Shown in pieces: positions 39,894 to 49,222 of a DNA stretch of 64,000 nt; the first letter of the stretch is position 1, and every line of letters starts with the position of its first letter. The notes under the pieces are model-generated. The model searched no databases. It saw nothing but the letters and a program-made list of their open reading frames with translations, and was not told where the DNA came from. Position numbers and translations under genes: made by a program. Origin of the DNA: Omnitrophica bacterium GWA2_41_15 (lineage in GTDB: Bacteria; Omnitrophota; Gorgyraeia; Ghiorseimicrobiales; Ghiorseimicrobiaceae). Where the stretch lies: the NCBI GenBank assembly GCA_919902105.1, contig CAKKQO010000023.1:2128-66127 (forward strand). Reading direction: 5' to 3'.

Positions 39894-40514
39894 ATGCGCA
39901 ATATTTTTGTTATTGGCGTCAGCGGCGGATTCGGCACAGGAAAGACCACCGTAGCAAATATTTTTAAAAAGTTAGGCGCAAAAGTTATTGATGCCGATAA
40001 AATAGCTCATCAGTTACTTCGTTTCAGGAGCCCAGTATACAAAAAGACAGTTTTAAAACTCGGGAAAGCTATATTAAATAAAGATGCTTCCATTAACCGA
40101 AAGAGGCTTGCTGAGATAGTGTTTAACGATAGAGAGAAATTATCCGAGTATCTTAAAATAATTCATCCCGAAATAATAAAGTTAATTAAGCATAAGCTTA
40201 AACATCCGCAAAGAATAAGAAAAATAAAGGTAATTGTTCTTGACGCGCCGCTTTTAATTGAGGCAGGTTTAGATAAGTTAGTAGATAAATTAGTAGTGGT
40301 GGCAACTAGGAGAGATATTCAGTTGTCGCGTATTAAAAATAAATTTGCTTTAAGTAAAAGTGATATTTTAAAACGCATTAAATTACAACTACCGTTGTCT
40401 AAAAAGATAAAGGTAGCTGATTATGTTATAGATAATAATGGCACAGAAAAAAGGGCAGAAAAACAAGTAAGACAAATATGGAAAGAGGTGAAAAGATGGA
40501 CATCATCAACTTGA
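39894..40514 (+). CDS. coaE: Dephospho-CoA kinase
   Basis: [14 protein letters not shown]-loop, DADKIAH, and an LDAPLL-like motif. Confidence 0.9.
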   Translation: MRNIFVIGVSGGFGTGKTTVANIFKKLGAKVIDADKIAHQLLRFRSPVYKKTVLKLGKAILNKDASINRKRLAEIVFNDREKLSEYLKIIHPEIIKLIKHKLKHPQRIRKIKVIVLDAPLLIEAGLDKLVDKLVVVATRRDIQLSRIKNKFALSKSDILKRIKLQLPLSKKIKVADYVIDNNGTEKRAEKQVRQIWKEVKRWTSST

Positions 40515-41743
40515 AAGAAAAGAAGATTACCGAGTTAAACAAAATGGCCAAGGAGTTAAATGTGAACGGCGTCAGCGGCCTAAAAAAGCAGGATTTGATT
40601 TTTAAAATCCTGCAGGCTCAGGCTGAGAAAGAAGGATTGATGTTTGGAGAGGGAGTTTTGGAGGTTCTGCCTGATGGTTTTGGGTTTTTACGGAGCCCAA
40701 ATTATAACTATTTGCCCTGCCCCGACGATATATATATATCTCCTTCGCAGATAAGGAAATTTGATTTAAGGACAGGCGATACTGTCAGCGGGCAGATTAG
40801 GCCGCCTAAAGAGGGAGAAAAATATTTTGCGCTTTTAAAAGTCGAGGCGGTGAACTTTGAGAACCCGGAAAGTGCTAAAGAAAAAATATTATTTGATAAT
40901 TTAACTCCCCTTTACCCGCACGACCGCTTTATTCTGGAGGCAAGGCCGGAAGAAATCTCTATGCGTATAATGGATTTACTTACTCCTTTGGGTAAAGGCC
41001 AGCGCGCTTTAATTGTGGCGCCCCCTTACAGCGGCAAAACCGTGCTTTTGCAAAAAATTGCCAATTCTGTTGTGCAAAACCATCAGGATGTAATTTTGAT
41101 AGTCCTGTTGATTGATGAACGGCCCGAAGAGGTTACTGACATGCAGAGAAGCGTAAAGGGCGAAGTAATTTCTTCTACTTTTGATGAGCCGGCAGAGAGA
41201 CATGTGCAGGTTGCCGAGATCGTGCTTGAGAAATCGAAAAGGTTAGTGGAGTCCGGCAAGGACGTAGTGATTTTATTAGATAGTATAACCCGCTTGGCAC
41301 GGGCATATAATACGGTAGTCCCGCACTCAGGAAAGATTTTATCCGGCGGCGTAGACTCCAATGCTCTTCATAAACCTAAACGTTTCTTCGGTGCAGCCCG
41401 TGCCGTTGAAGAAGGAGGGAGTTTGACAATTATAGCTACTTCTTTAATTGATACTGGAAGCCGGATGGATGAAGTTATTTTCGAAGAATTTAAAGGAACG
41501 GGTAATATGGAGCTGCAGTTAGACAGAAATTTATTCCAGCGCAGGATCTATCCCGCCATTGATATTAAACGTTCAAATACGAGAAGAGAAGAGTTGTTAA
41601 TAAAAGGAGATGATTTGCAGAAAATATGGATATTAAGAAAAGTGCTTAACGATTTAAATTCGGCAGAAGCAATGGAACTTTTAATTGACAGGATGTCTAA
41701 GAGCAAGAATAATAAAGAATTTTTAGGGAATATGAATCAATAA
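40496..41743 (+). CDS. rho: Transcription termination factor Rho
   Basis: N-terminal [10 protein letters not shown]..., cold-shock-like RNA-binding FGFLR, Walker [28 protein letters not shown]. Start chosen at ATG 40496 with an upstream GAGG. Confidence 0.95.
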   Translation: MDIINLKEKKITELNKMAKELNVNGVSGLKKQDLIFKILQAQAEKEGLMFGEGVLEVLPDGFGFLRSPNYNYLPCPDDIYISPSQIRKFDLRTGDTVSGQIRPPKEGEKYFALLKVEAVNFENPESAKEKILFDNLTPLYPHDRFILEARPEEISMRIMDLLTPLGKGQRALIVAPPYSGKTVLLQKIANSVVQNHQDVILIVLLIDERPEEVTDMQRSVKGEVISSTFDEPAERHVQVAEIVLEKSKRLVESGKDVVILLDSITRLARAYNTVVPHSGKILSGGVDSNALHKPKRFFGAARAVEEGGSLTIIATSLIDTGSRMDEVIFEEFKGTGNMELQLDRNLFQRRIYPAIDIKRSNTRREELLIKGDDLQKIWILRKVLNDLNSAEAMELLIDRMSKSKNNKEFLGNMNQ

Positions 41744-41747
41744 GTGA

Positions 41748-41789
41748 GGACATAAGTTATGGAACGAAGTGAACATAACTTATTAGTCC
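41748..41789. repeat. CATAAGTTATG-type hairpin after rho
   Basis: GGACATAAGTTATG - 12-nt loop - CATAACTTATTAGTCC. Same motif type as 29813-29857. Confidence 0.8.
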
Positions 41790-41796
41790 AAACTTA

Positions 41797-41834
41797 CCCC
41801 CACTGCTTCGCTTTGCGAAGCAAAGCGGTGGGGG
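41797..41834. repeat. GC-capped long hairpin upstream of rpmE
   Basis: CCCCCACTGCTTCGC-TTTGC-GAAGCAAAGCGGTGGGGG. No T-run follows. Confidence 0.8.
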
Positions 41835-41850
41835 TCATTAAGGAGAAAAA

Positions 41851-42048
41851 ATGAAAGATAAAATTCATCCGAATTATCAGGATGCTTCAATTATCTGCGC
41901 TTGCGGCGAGATAATCCAGACGCGTTCGACTAAACAGAATATCCGTGTAGAAATCTGCTCTAAGTGCCACCCATTTTTTACGGGTAGGCAGAAATTTGTC
42001 GATTCAGCGGGGAGAGTAGATAAGTTTATGAAGAAGTACAAAAAATGA
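41851..42048 (+). CDS. rpmE: 50S ribosomal protein L31 (Cys-containing form)
   Basis: MKDKIHP.Y start, CxC ... [10 protein letters not shown]. Confidence 0.95.
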   Translation: MKDKIHPNYQDASIICACGEIIQTRSTKQNIRVEICSKCHPFFTGRQKFVDSAGRVDKFMKKYKK

Positions 42049-42049
42049 T

Positions 42050-43111
42050 ATGCTTGAAAAACTGGTTGCAATCGAAAAACGCTATAAGGAGTTAGAAGAG
42101 CTTTTAGTAAAAGAGGAAACCCTCGCCGATAAAGATAAATATCAGGTTTATGCCAAGGAGCTTTCTAAATTATCTAAGATTGTTGAAAGGATAAAGCTGT
42201 TCGATAATAAAAACGCGGAACTAAAAGATTTAGAGCATCTTCTTTCTGAACAGCATGAGGAGAGTTTCTTGGATTTAGCTAAAACTGAGATAGATAAACT
42301 AAGAGGGGAAATATCAGCCTTAACCTCAGAGCTTGAGTCTTTGCTCTCGCAAGAAACGGCAGATAAACAGGAAGAGCTTATTATGGAAATTCGCGCCGGA
42401 ACCGGAGGGCAAGAGGCAAGCCTTTTCGTCGGCGACCTATACCGGATGTATACGAAATATGCCGACGCACGAGGTTTTAAATATGAGGTGATGGCGAGCC
42501 ACCCTACCGATACAGGGGGATTTAAAGAAGTAATCTTTAGTATTTCCGGGAAAGGCGCTTATAAAAATTTAAAATATGAAAGCGGTGTGCATCGCGTTCA
42601 GCGTGTACCGGCTACTGAAAGCTCCGGCAGAATTCATACTTCGACGGTGACTGTCGCTGTATTGGTTGAGCCGCAAGAAGTAGATTTAGTTGTCAATCCG
42701 CAGGATTTAAAAATTGATGTTTACCGCTCTAAAGGCGCAGGTGGGCAAAGCGTAAATACGACGGATTCCGCAGTCCGGATTACTCATCTGCCTACGGGAA
42801 TGGTAGTAACTTGTCAGGACGAACGCTCCCAACTAAAGAATAAAAATAAAGCAATGCGGGTTTTAAGGGCACGGCTTTTAGATAAGACAAAACAGGAAGA
42901 CTTAAATAAAATGACTTCTGAGCGCAGGCTTCAGGTCGGTACAGGCGATAGAGCCGAGAAGATACGTACGTATAATTTTCCTGATCGGCGTATCACCGAC
43001 CACAGGATTAATCTCACCATATACAGGCTTGAAGATGTTTTAGACGGCAATATCAACGAATTTATTGGGCGCTTACAGGAAAATGAGAAGAAGAAAAAGG
43101 CGGCGGTATGA
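42050..43111 (+). CDS. prfA: Peptide chain release factor 1
   Basis: GGQ motif (GAGGQSVNTT), PAT tripeptide region (RVPATES), RASGAGGQ-like context; 353 aa. Confidence 0.95.
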   Translation: MLEKLVAIEKRYKELEELLVKEETLADKDKYQVYAKELSKLSKIVERIKLFDNKNAELKDLEHLLSEQHEESFLDLAKTEIDKLRGEISALTSELESLLSQETADKQEELIMEIRAGTGGQEASLFVGDLYRMYTKYADARGFKYEVMASHPTDTGGFKEVIFSISGKGAYKNLKYESGVHRVQRVPATESSGRIHTSTVTVAVLVEPQEVDLVVNPQDLKIDVYRSKGAGGQSVNTTDSAVRITHLPTGMVVTCQDERSQLKNKNKAMRVLRARLLDKTKQEDLNKMTSERRLQVGTGDRAEKIRTYNFPDRRITDHRINLTIYRLEDVLDGNINEFIGRLQENEKKKKAAV

Positions 43112-43956
43112 CGGAAAAAGAGTTAATTTTAACTAATCTTTTGGAATGTTCCCGGCATGAATTATATTTTAAGAATAAACCGTTAAGCAAGGAGCAAGAG
43201 AGAGAGCTGTCAAAAATACTTAAGTTGCGCTGCGCTGGAGTGCCTCTACAATATATCTTAGGCTTTAGCGAATTTATGGGGATAAAATTTAAAGTAGATA
43301 AGCGTGCACTTATCCCGCGGCCGGAGACAGAGATACTGGTTGAGACGGCGATAAAATATGTATCAAGTATCCCCGCCTGTGGCGGGACAGGCAAGTATCA
43401 AGTATCAAGTAAGAACATTCTAGATATAGGGACGGGGTCGGGTTGTATTGCCGTGAGTTTGGCGAAATTTCTGCCTAATTCAAAAATAACCGCTGTGGAT
43501 ATTTCCCAAAAAGCTTTAGAAATAGCGCGGGAAAATGCTGGATTAAATGGCATTGCTGATCAGATTGAGTTTATGCAGAGTGATTTATTCTCGAAATTCG
43601 AAATTCCTGCCTTGCCGGTAGGCAGGCGAATTTCGAATTTCGATATTATTGTTTCCAATCCCCCCTATATTTGCAGTGATGAGATTAAAAAGCTGCCCAA
43701 AGAGGTACAATATGAGCCAAAGCTCGCATTAGATGGTGGATGTGACGGGCTAAACTATTATCGCCGTCTTATTAAGGAGAGCCCGTCTTTTTTAGGAGAA
43801 GGCGGTTTATTAATTATGGAATTAGGAATTGGCCAACTTGAACAAGTAAAAAATATAAGCGAACAAAGTAAAAGATTTATATTTATTGAGGCAATTAAGG
43901 ATTATAATAAAATAAATAGGGTGATAGTATTAAGGCGGGATAGAGAGAATGGATAA
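43108..43956 (+). CDS. prmC: Release-factor glutamine N5-methyltransferase (carries two repeat-encoded insertions)
   Basis: IPRPETE, LDIGTGSGCIA, IVSNPPYI motifs. Follows prfA. Confidence 0.9.
   Translation: MTEKELILTNLLECSRHELYFKNKPLSKEQERELSKILKLRCAGVPLQYILGFSEFMGIKFKVDKRALIPRPETEILVETAIKYVSSIPACGGTGKYQVSSKNILDIGTGSGCIAVSLAKFLPNSKITAVDISQKALEIARENAGLNGIADQIEFMQSDLFSKFEIPALPVGRRISNFDIIVSNPPYICSDEIKKLPKEVQYEPKLALDGGCDGLNYYRRLIKESPSFLGEGGLLIMELGIGQLEQVKNISEQSKRFIFIEAIKDYNKINRVIVLRRDRENG
43360..43411 (+). repeat. Intragenic hairpin flanked by direct heptamer repeats inside prmC (site 1)
   Basis: GTATCAAGTATC | CCCGCC-TGT-GGCGGG | ACAGGCAA | GTATCAAGTATCAAGTA. Confidence 0.85.
43591..43643 (+). 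repeat. Intragenic 53-nt near-perfect palindrome inside prmC (site 2)
   Basis: TCGAAATTCGAAATTCCTGCC-TTGCCGGTA-GGCAGGCGAATTTCGAATTTCGA. Its core is copy 3 of the CCTGCC..GGCAGG motif. Confidence 0.9.
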
Positions 43957-45214
43957 ATTGGTTATTGAAGGCGGAGTGCGTCTTAAGGGAATGGTTAAAA
44001 TCAGCGGAGCAAAGAATGCAGTCTTGCCCATATTATCCGCTGTGTTATTAACTGAAGAACCCTGTATCATTAGGAATGTCCCGGATTTGAGGGATGTGCA
44101 TTTGATGCTGCGAATTTTGCGTTTTTTAGGGGTTGGCGCAGAATTCGATAAAGGAAAAGTAACGGTTTGCGCGAAGAATATTAAAAGTTATACTGCGCCT
44201 TATAATTTGGTTTCTAAGATGCGCGCCTCATTTGCGCTATTGGGCCCGCTTTTAGGCCGCCTTAATAAAGCAAAGGTTTCTCTACCCGGAGGATGTGTTA
44301 TCGGACTACGTCCCGTAGATCTGCATATTAAGGGGCTTAAGCGGCTGAATGTAGATATTGATATAGTTGGCGGCTATGTGAATGCTCGGACTAAGCAGCT
44401 AAAGGGAGGATATATTTATCTCGGCGGAGAGTTTGGCTCATCAGTCCTTGCTACCGCCAATGTAATGATGGCGGCGGTGAAAGCATCCGGCACAACAATA
44501 ATTGATAGTGCGGCTTGTGAACCGGAGCTTGTAGATTTAGCTAACTTTTTAAAAGAGATGGGGGCGCAGATAAAAGGCGAAGGGACACCCACAATAACCA
44601 TCGAAGGAGTAAAGGCCTTAAAAGGGGTAGAATATAAGGTTATACCGGACCGCATTGAGGCCGGAACTTTTATAGTGGCTTCCGCCATTACAAAAGGCGA
44701 TATCACAATTTGCGGCGCTATCCTTCAGCATTTAGCGGCTTTAATTGATAAATTGGAAGAAGCAGGCATTGTTGTAGAGAAAACAGATTCTTCTTTACGT
44801 ATAAGGCGTAAGCGCGAGTTTAAACCGGTAAATATTACTACGCTTCCTTATCCGGGGTTTCCTACGGATATGCAGGCGCAATTTATGTCGCTCTTGAGTG
44901 TTACTCCCGGAGTAAGCGTGATTACTGAAAAAATTTATCCTGACCGTTTTATGCATGTGGCTGAACTTAACCGTATGGGTGCGCATATCCAGAAAGAAGG
45001 CCCGCATGCAATTATTGAAGGGGTGAGAAAGCTTCAAGCGGCACCGGTAATGGCCTCAGATTTAAGGGCATCTGCAGCTTTAGTTTTAGCTGGCCTTGCA
45101 GCTTCGGGGAAGACAGAAGTTTCGCGTATCTATCATTTAGACCGTGGTTATGAAAAAATAGAAGAAAAATTCCAGAAGTTAGGTGCGCGTGTCTGGAGAG
45201 AGAAAGAGGCGTAA
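43949..45214 (+). CDS. murA: UDP-N-acetylglucosamine 1-carboxyvinyltransferase
   Basis: GAKNA.LP, an LPGGC active-site Cys loop, YPGFPTDMQAQ. Confidence 0.95.
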   Translation: MDKLVIEGGVRLKGMVKISGAKNAVLPILSAVLLTEEPCIIRNVPDLRDVHLMLRILRFLGVGAEFDKGKVTVCAKNIKSYTAPYNLVSKMRASFALLGPLLGRLNKAKVSLPGGCVIGLRPVDLHIKGLKRLNVDIDIVGGYVNARTKQLKGGYIYLGGEFGSSVLATANVMMAAVKASGTTIIDSAACEPELVDLANFLKEMGAQIKGEGTPTITIEGVKALKGVEYKVIPDRIEAGTFIVASAITKGDITICGAILQHLAALIDKLEEAGIVVEKTDSSLRIRRKREFKPVNITTLPYPGFPTDMQAQFMSLLSVTPGVSVITEKIYPDRFMHVAELNRMGAHIQKEGPHAIIEGVRKLQAAPVMASDLRASAALVLAGLAASGKTEVSRIYHLDRGYEKIEEKFQKLGARVWREKEA

Positions 45215-45215
45215 T

Positions 45216-45779
45216 GTGATTCTCATGATTGATAATTACGACTCATTTACTTATAACCTCGTTCAGTATTTAGGAGAATTAGGAGGGGACCTGCGTATAT
45301 TCCGCAATGATAAATTAACAATTTCTCAAATAAAAAAAATAAAACCTAAAAAAATCGTTATTTCTCCCGGCCCTGGTAGGCCATCTGATGCCGGGATTTC
45401 TTGCGCGGTAATAGAGCAATTTGCCAAGACCATACCTATCTTAGGTGTATGCTTGGGGCATCAATGTATAGGCGATGTTTTCGGCGGAAAAATCATCCGT
45501 GCGGATAGGCTTATGCATGGAAAGACTTCGCTTATTTATCACAACGGAGAAGGCATTTTTAAAAATATTAAAAGTCCTTTTGAAGCAACGCGTTATCATT
45601 CTTTATTGGTTGAGAAAAAAAGCCTGCCCGGGGCTTTAGAGATTACCGCTTGGACTAAAGAAAATGAGATAATGGGGCTAAAACACAGAAATTTTCCCCT
45701 TTGGGGGGTACAGTTTCATCCGGAATCGATTTTAACCAAGCCGGGTAAAGAGATACTAAAGAATTTTTTGATGTTGTGA
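45216..45779 (+). CDS. trpG: Glutamine amidotransferase component II (anthranilate / aminodeoxychorismate synthase)
   Basis: IDNYDSFTYNL, GVCLGHQ (catalytic Cys), GVQFHPES. Start is GTG 45216 or ATG 45225. Confidence 0.9.
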   Translation: MILMIDNYDSFTYNLVQYLGELGGDLRIFRNDKLTISQIKKIKPKKIVISPGPGRPSDAGISCAVIEQFAKTIPILGVCLGHQCIGDVFGGKIIRADRLMHGKTSLIYHNGEGIFKNIKSPFEATRYHSLLVEKKSLPGALEITAWTKENEIMGLKHRNFPLWGVQFHPESILTKPGKEILKNFLML

Positions 45780-45789
45780 TACTATAAAG

Positions 45790-45997
45790 CAGGTTATTAT
45801 TCATTTTGAACGATTTGCAATTTTCGTCAGGAGTCGTAGAGATTTTAAGGTTCCCCGCCAACGGCGGGGCGCCGAGGACTGTCTGAATTCATTCCTGGCA
45901 CGGAACGTGCCGAAGAATGAGTTCCGCAGGTGCCTTAAAATATCGAGAAGCTGACGTTAAAAAATTGCATCAGAGTGAAAAATGACATAATAACATG
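45790..45997 (-). repeat. 208 nt whole-length hairpin element, family copy C (inverted relative to A and B)
   Basis: The reverse complement aligns with copies A and B: core CTGCGGAACTCATTCTTCGGCACGTTCCGTGCCAGGAATGAATTCAGACA, hairpin CCCCGCC-GTT-GGCGGGG, arms CAGGTTATTATTCATTTT.. / ..GAAAAATGACATAATAACATG. Confidence 0.9.
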
Positions 45998-46025
45998 CTG
46001 TATGCTATGATGATTAATTAGTTTT

Positions 46026-47072
46026 ATGCCTAAGATTACCGATTTAACTGAATTTCTAAACCGCGGCAAACTTCCGGATAAAAATCAGGTTCAGGATGTA
46101 TTTACCGATATTATGTCCGGTAAGGTGGAGACTGAAGATTTAAAGAAGTTCCTTTTAGCGCTGAAAGATAAAGAGACGCCTGAAATTATCGCTGGTGCGG
46201 CAAGCGCTATGCGGGATAAAATGGTAAAAATTAATGTGCGAACTTCTCCCGACGAAGTTGTTTTAGATACCTGCGGAACAGGCGGAGGCAGCTTTCATAC
46301 TTTTAATATTTCAACAGCCAGCGCTTTTGTGATTGCCGGATGCGGTATAAAAGTAGCCAAGCACGGAAACAGGGCGGTCTCAAGCCAGTTTGGAAGCGCC
46401 GATGTTTTAAAGGAATTAGGCTTGAATTTAGATTTGCCGCCGCAGAAGGCAGAGGCGATAATTAAGGAAATCGGCATAGGGTTTTTATTTGCGCCGCTTT
46501 ATCATCCGGCTATGAAATATGCTATAGAGGCACGTAAAGAACTCGCAACCCGCACTCTTTTTAATATCTTAGGCCCATTATGCAATCCGGCAGGAGCAGA
46601 TATCCAGATTGTCGGTGTTTATGAAGAAAGATTAAGCGAAATTTTAGCTCGCGCCTTAGGCGAATTAGGCGCAAGGCGCGCCTTTGTATTATATAGTGAC
46701 AAAGGGTTAGATGAGCTAAGCATTGAAGGAAAAACCAAGGCAGTTGAGCTGATAGATAAAAAAATTAGCCTTAAACCGAGGAAGATAGATATTAATTACC
46801 TTCGTCCGCAGGATTTTGGAGTTAAAGAGGGAACGTTGGCAGAACTTGCGCCGGGGAAAAATACAGAAGAAAATGCAAAGATACTTCTTGATATTTTAAA
46901 AGGAGAGGAATCTGCAAGAATCGATGCAGTATTAATAAATTCCGCCTTAGGGATTTTAGCCTCTGGCATTACCGATAATTTAAAAGATGGGGTAGGGCTA
47001 GCAAGGGAATCTATTGATTCGCAAAAAGCGCTTAAGAAATTAGAAACTTTAATTACGCGGTCAAATAAATAA
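46026..47072 (+). CDS. trpD: Anthranilate phosphoribosyltransferase
   Basis: DTCGTGGG, KHGNRAVSS..GSADVLE, and an NILGPL.NPA-like motif. Confidence 0.93.
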   Translation: MPKITDLTEFLNRGKLPDKNQVQDVFTDIMSGKVETEDLKKFLLALKDKETPEIIAGAASAMRDKMVKINVRTSPDEVVLDTCGTGGGSFHTFNISTASAFVIAGCGIKVAKHGNRAVSSQFGSADVLKELGLNLDLPPQKAEAIIKEIGIGFLFAPLYHPAMKYAIEARKELATRTLFNILGPLCNPAGADIQIVGVYEERLSEILARALGELGARRAFVLYSDKGLDELSIEGKTKAVELIDKKISLKPRKIDINYLRPQDFGVKEGTLAELAPGKNTEENAKILLDILKGEESARIDAVLINSALGILASGITDNLKDGVGLARESIDSQKALKKLETLITRSNK

Positions 47073-47074
47073 GA

Positions 47075-47851
47075 GTGAATATATTAGATAAAATAATCTT
47101 AGAAAAGAAAAAGGCTGTAGCGCGCACCAAGAGAAATAAGGCTTTGGATATTTTAATTAAACAGTCAGAATCTCTCCCTAAAGCGCGTCTGTTTAAAAAA
47201 GCGTTAAATAAAAAAGGTCAGCTTTCTTTAATTGCCGAGATTAAAAAGGCATCGCCTTCGTCTGGGGTAATCCGTCGCGATTTTAATCCGGTAAAAATTG
47301 CTAAGATTTATGAAAAATCCGGCGCGGATTGCCTTTCGGTATTAACAGAAGAGAAATTTTTTAAAGGAAAACTCAATTATATAAAGAAAATTAAAAAAGA
47401 AGTCGGCCTCCCGATTTTACGGAAAGATTTTATCATTGAGGCATACCAGATCTATGAATCCCGTGCATATGGCGCGGATGCGATTTTATTAATTTCTACA
47501 ATACTGCCGTTAGAGAAACTTAAAAAATTTATAAATTTATCTAAAAAATTAAAATTAGATTGCCTGGTAGAATGCGATTGTTTAGCGAGTTTAAGAAAGG
47601 CGCTTAAGGCAGGGGCAGAAATTATCGGGATAAATAATCGCGATTTACATAATTTTAAGGTTGACATTAACCGGACCAAGCGTTTAATTAAATATATTCC
47701 TAAAAATAAGGTTATCGTTTCCGAAAGCGGCATAAAAGGCAAAAAGGATATAGAATTTTTAAAAAATTTAGGCGTAAATGCCGTACTTATCGGCGAGACA
47801 TTTATACGCAGTAAAAATATAGAAGCAAAGATTAAGGAGTTGTTTGATTGA
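47075..47851 (+). CDS. trpC: Indole-3-glycerol phosphate synthase
   Basis: LIAEIKKASPS.G, LSVLTEEKFF.G, LRKDFI, INNRDL. GTG start. Confidence 0.93.
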   Translation: MNILDKIILEKKKAVARTKRNKALDILIKQSESLPKARLFKKALNKKGQLSLIAEIKKASPSSGVIRRDFNPVKIAKIYEKSGADCLSVLTEEKFFKGKLNYIKKIKKEVGLPILRKDFIIEAYQIYESRAYGADAILLISTILPLEKLKKFINLSKKLKLDCLVECDCLASLRKALKAGAEIIGINNRDLHNFKVDINRTKRLIKYIPKNKVIVSESGIKGKKDIEFLKNLGVNAVLIGETFIRSKNIEAKIKELFD

Positions 47852-48462
47852 CGAAAGTAAAAATCTGCGGGATAACTAATTTAGCGGACGCGCGGGCATC
47901 AATAAATGCCGGCTGCGACGCGCTGGGATTTGTGTTTTTTAGAAAAAGCCCGCGCTATATTAAGCCTGCGAAAGCAAAAGCCATAATTAAAAATTTACCA
48001 AAAAATATTCTTAAGATTGGGGTGTTTGTAAATAGTAAAGAAAAAACAATAAAAAGAATTGCTAAATTTTGCGGCCTTGATATACTACAATTTCATGGGA
48101 ATGAATCTACGGAATTTTGCCGCAGATTTATAAGCTATAAGGTAATTAAGGCGATAAGAGTAAAGGATAAAGTAGATTTAAAGTATATTTTGAAGTATAA
48201 TCCTTTTGCCTATCTTTTTGATGCTTTTATGGAGTCAAAGCCCGGGGGGACAGGCAAAAAATTCGATTGGAGGTTTATAGGACATTTAGACGGTATAAAG
48301 AAACCGGTATTCCTTTCCGGCGGGCTTAGCGCAGATAATGTCAAAAAGGCGATAGAGATTGTTAACCCGGATTGGGTGGATGTTTCTAGTTCCGTAGAGG
48401 TAGGCCCAGGTAAAAAAGACCAGCGCAAACTGCTGGAGTTTGTAAGGAAAGTTAAGCTATGA
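47848..48462 (+). CDS. trpF: Phosphoribosylanthranilate isomerase
   Basis: VKICGIT, DALGFVF...SPR, LQFHGNE, LSGGL. TTG start overlapping the trpC stop. Confidence 0.9.
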   Translation: MTKVKICGITNLADARASINAGCDALGFVFFRKSPRYIKPAKAKAIIKNLPKNILKIGVFVNSKEKTIKRIAKFCGLDILQFHGNESTEFCRRFISYKVIKAIRVKDKVDLKYILKYNPFAYLFDAFMESKPGGTGKKFDWRFIGHLDGIKKPVFLSGGLSADNVKKAIEIVNPDWVDVSSSVEVGPGKKDQRKLLEFVRKVKL

Positions 48463-49220
48463 AGGAAAAATTTTTAATTATATTTTTTTCGTTAGCGTTT
48501 ATTTTTTTGGCGATATACTTTTTCCCCAGAAACTCGGCATTATCGCAATTGCCCGAGATAAATTCGGATAAAGTTAAGGCCTTAAAAGAAGAAATACTGC
48601 CTTTTGAGCAGGGCGAAACAATAAGCTATGCGGTAAAATTAGGCGGGATAAAGATCGGTAATGCCGAACTAACGTATAAGGGGAAGACTAAATTAAATGA
48701 TAAAGATGCGCACCTTATAATTTTTTCAACGGATACATTAAACTTTAAGGATACCGAAACTATGTATGCGGCTCTTGATACTTTTCTGCCTCTAAAAATT
48801 GAGCGGGATATCAATAAGTGGGGCAAAAAAATACGCATTGTTGAGGAATATGACCAGCTAAATCATAAAGTCAAAATCACCCAATTCGATAAAACGCGTA
48901 ACCAAACCAAGGAAATAGCGCAGGATGCTCAGATACAGAACGTAATACTCTTAACTTACTTCTTAAGAAAACTCTCTAACTTTGAGCTTGGCAGGGAGTT
49001 CGCTGTTACCCTGCCTTTGGCAAAATTAATTATGCGCTTTACTAAAGAGGAACAGGCCAGGATACCTTGCGGAGTATATCGCACATATTTGGCGGAAAGT
49101 TTCCCTAAAGGGCATAAGATTTGGTTTGAGTCCTCAGAAAAGGCAATCCCTATAAGAATATCCGGGCCATCTATCGCGGGTAAGGTTAATATGGTGATGA
49201 TGGACTATAAAGAGAGGTAA
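48459..49220 (+). CDS. Exported beta-rich protein, DUF3108-like, embedded in the trp operon
   Basis: N-terminal TM/signal segment. [24 protein letters not shown] resembles the start of DUF3108. ATGA overlap with trpF, and the gene ends 2 nt before trpB. Confidence 0.45.
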   Translation: MKEKFLIIFFSLAFIFLAIYFFPRNSALSQLPEINSDKVKALKEEILPFEQGETISYAVKLGGIKIGNAELTYKGKTKLNDKDAHLIIFSTDTLNFKDTETMYAALDTFLPLKIERDINKWGKKIRIVEEYDQLNHKVKITQFDKTRNQTKEIAQDAQIQNVILLTYFLRKLSNFELGREFAVTLPLAKLIMRFTKEEQARIPCGVYRTYLAESFPKGHKIWFESSEKAIPIRISGPSIAGKVNMVMMDYKER

Positions 49221-49222
49221 AG

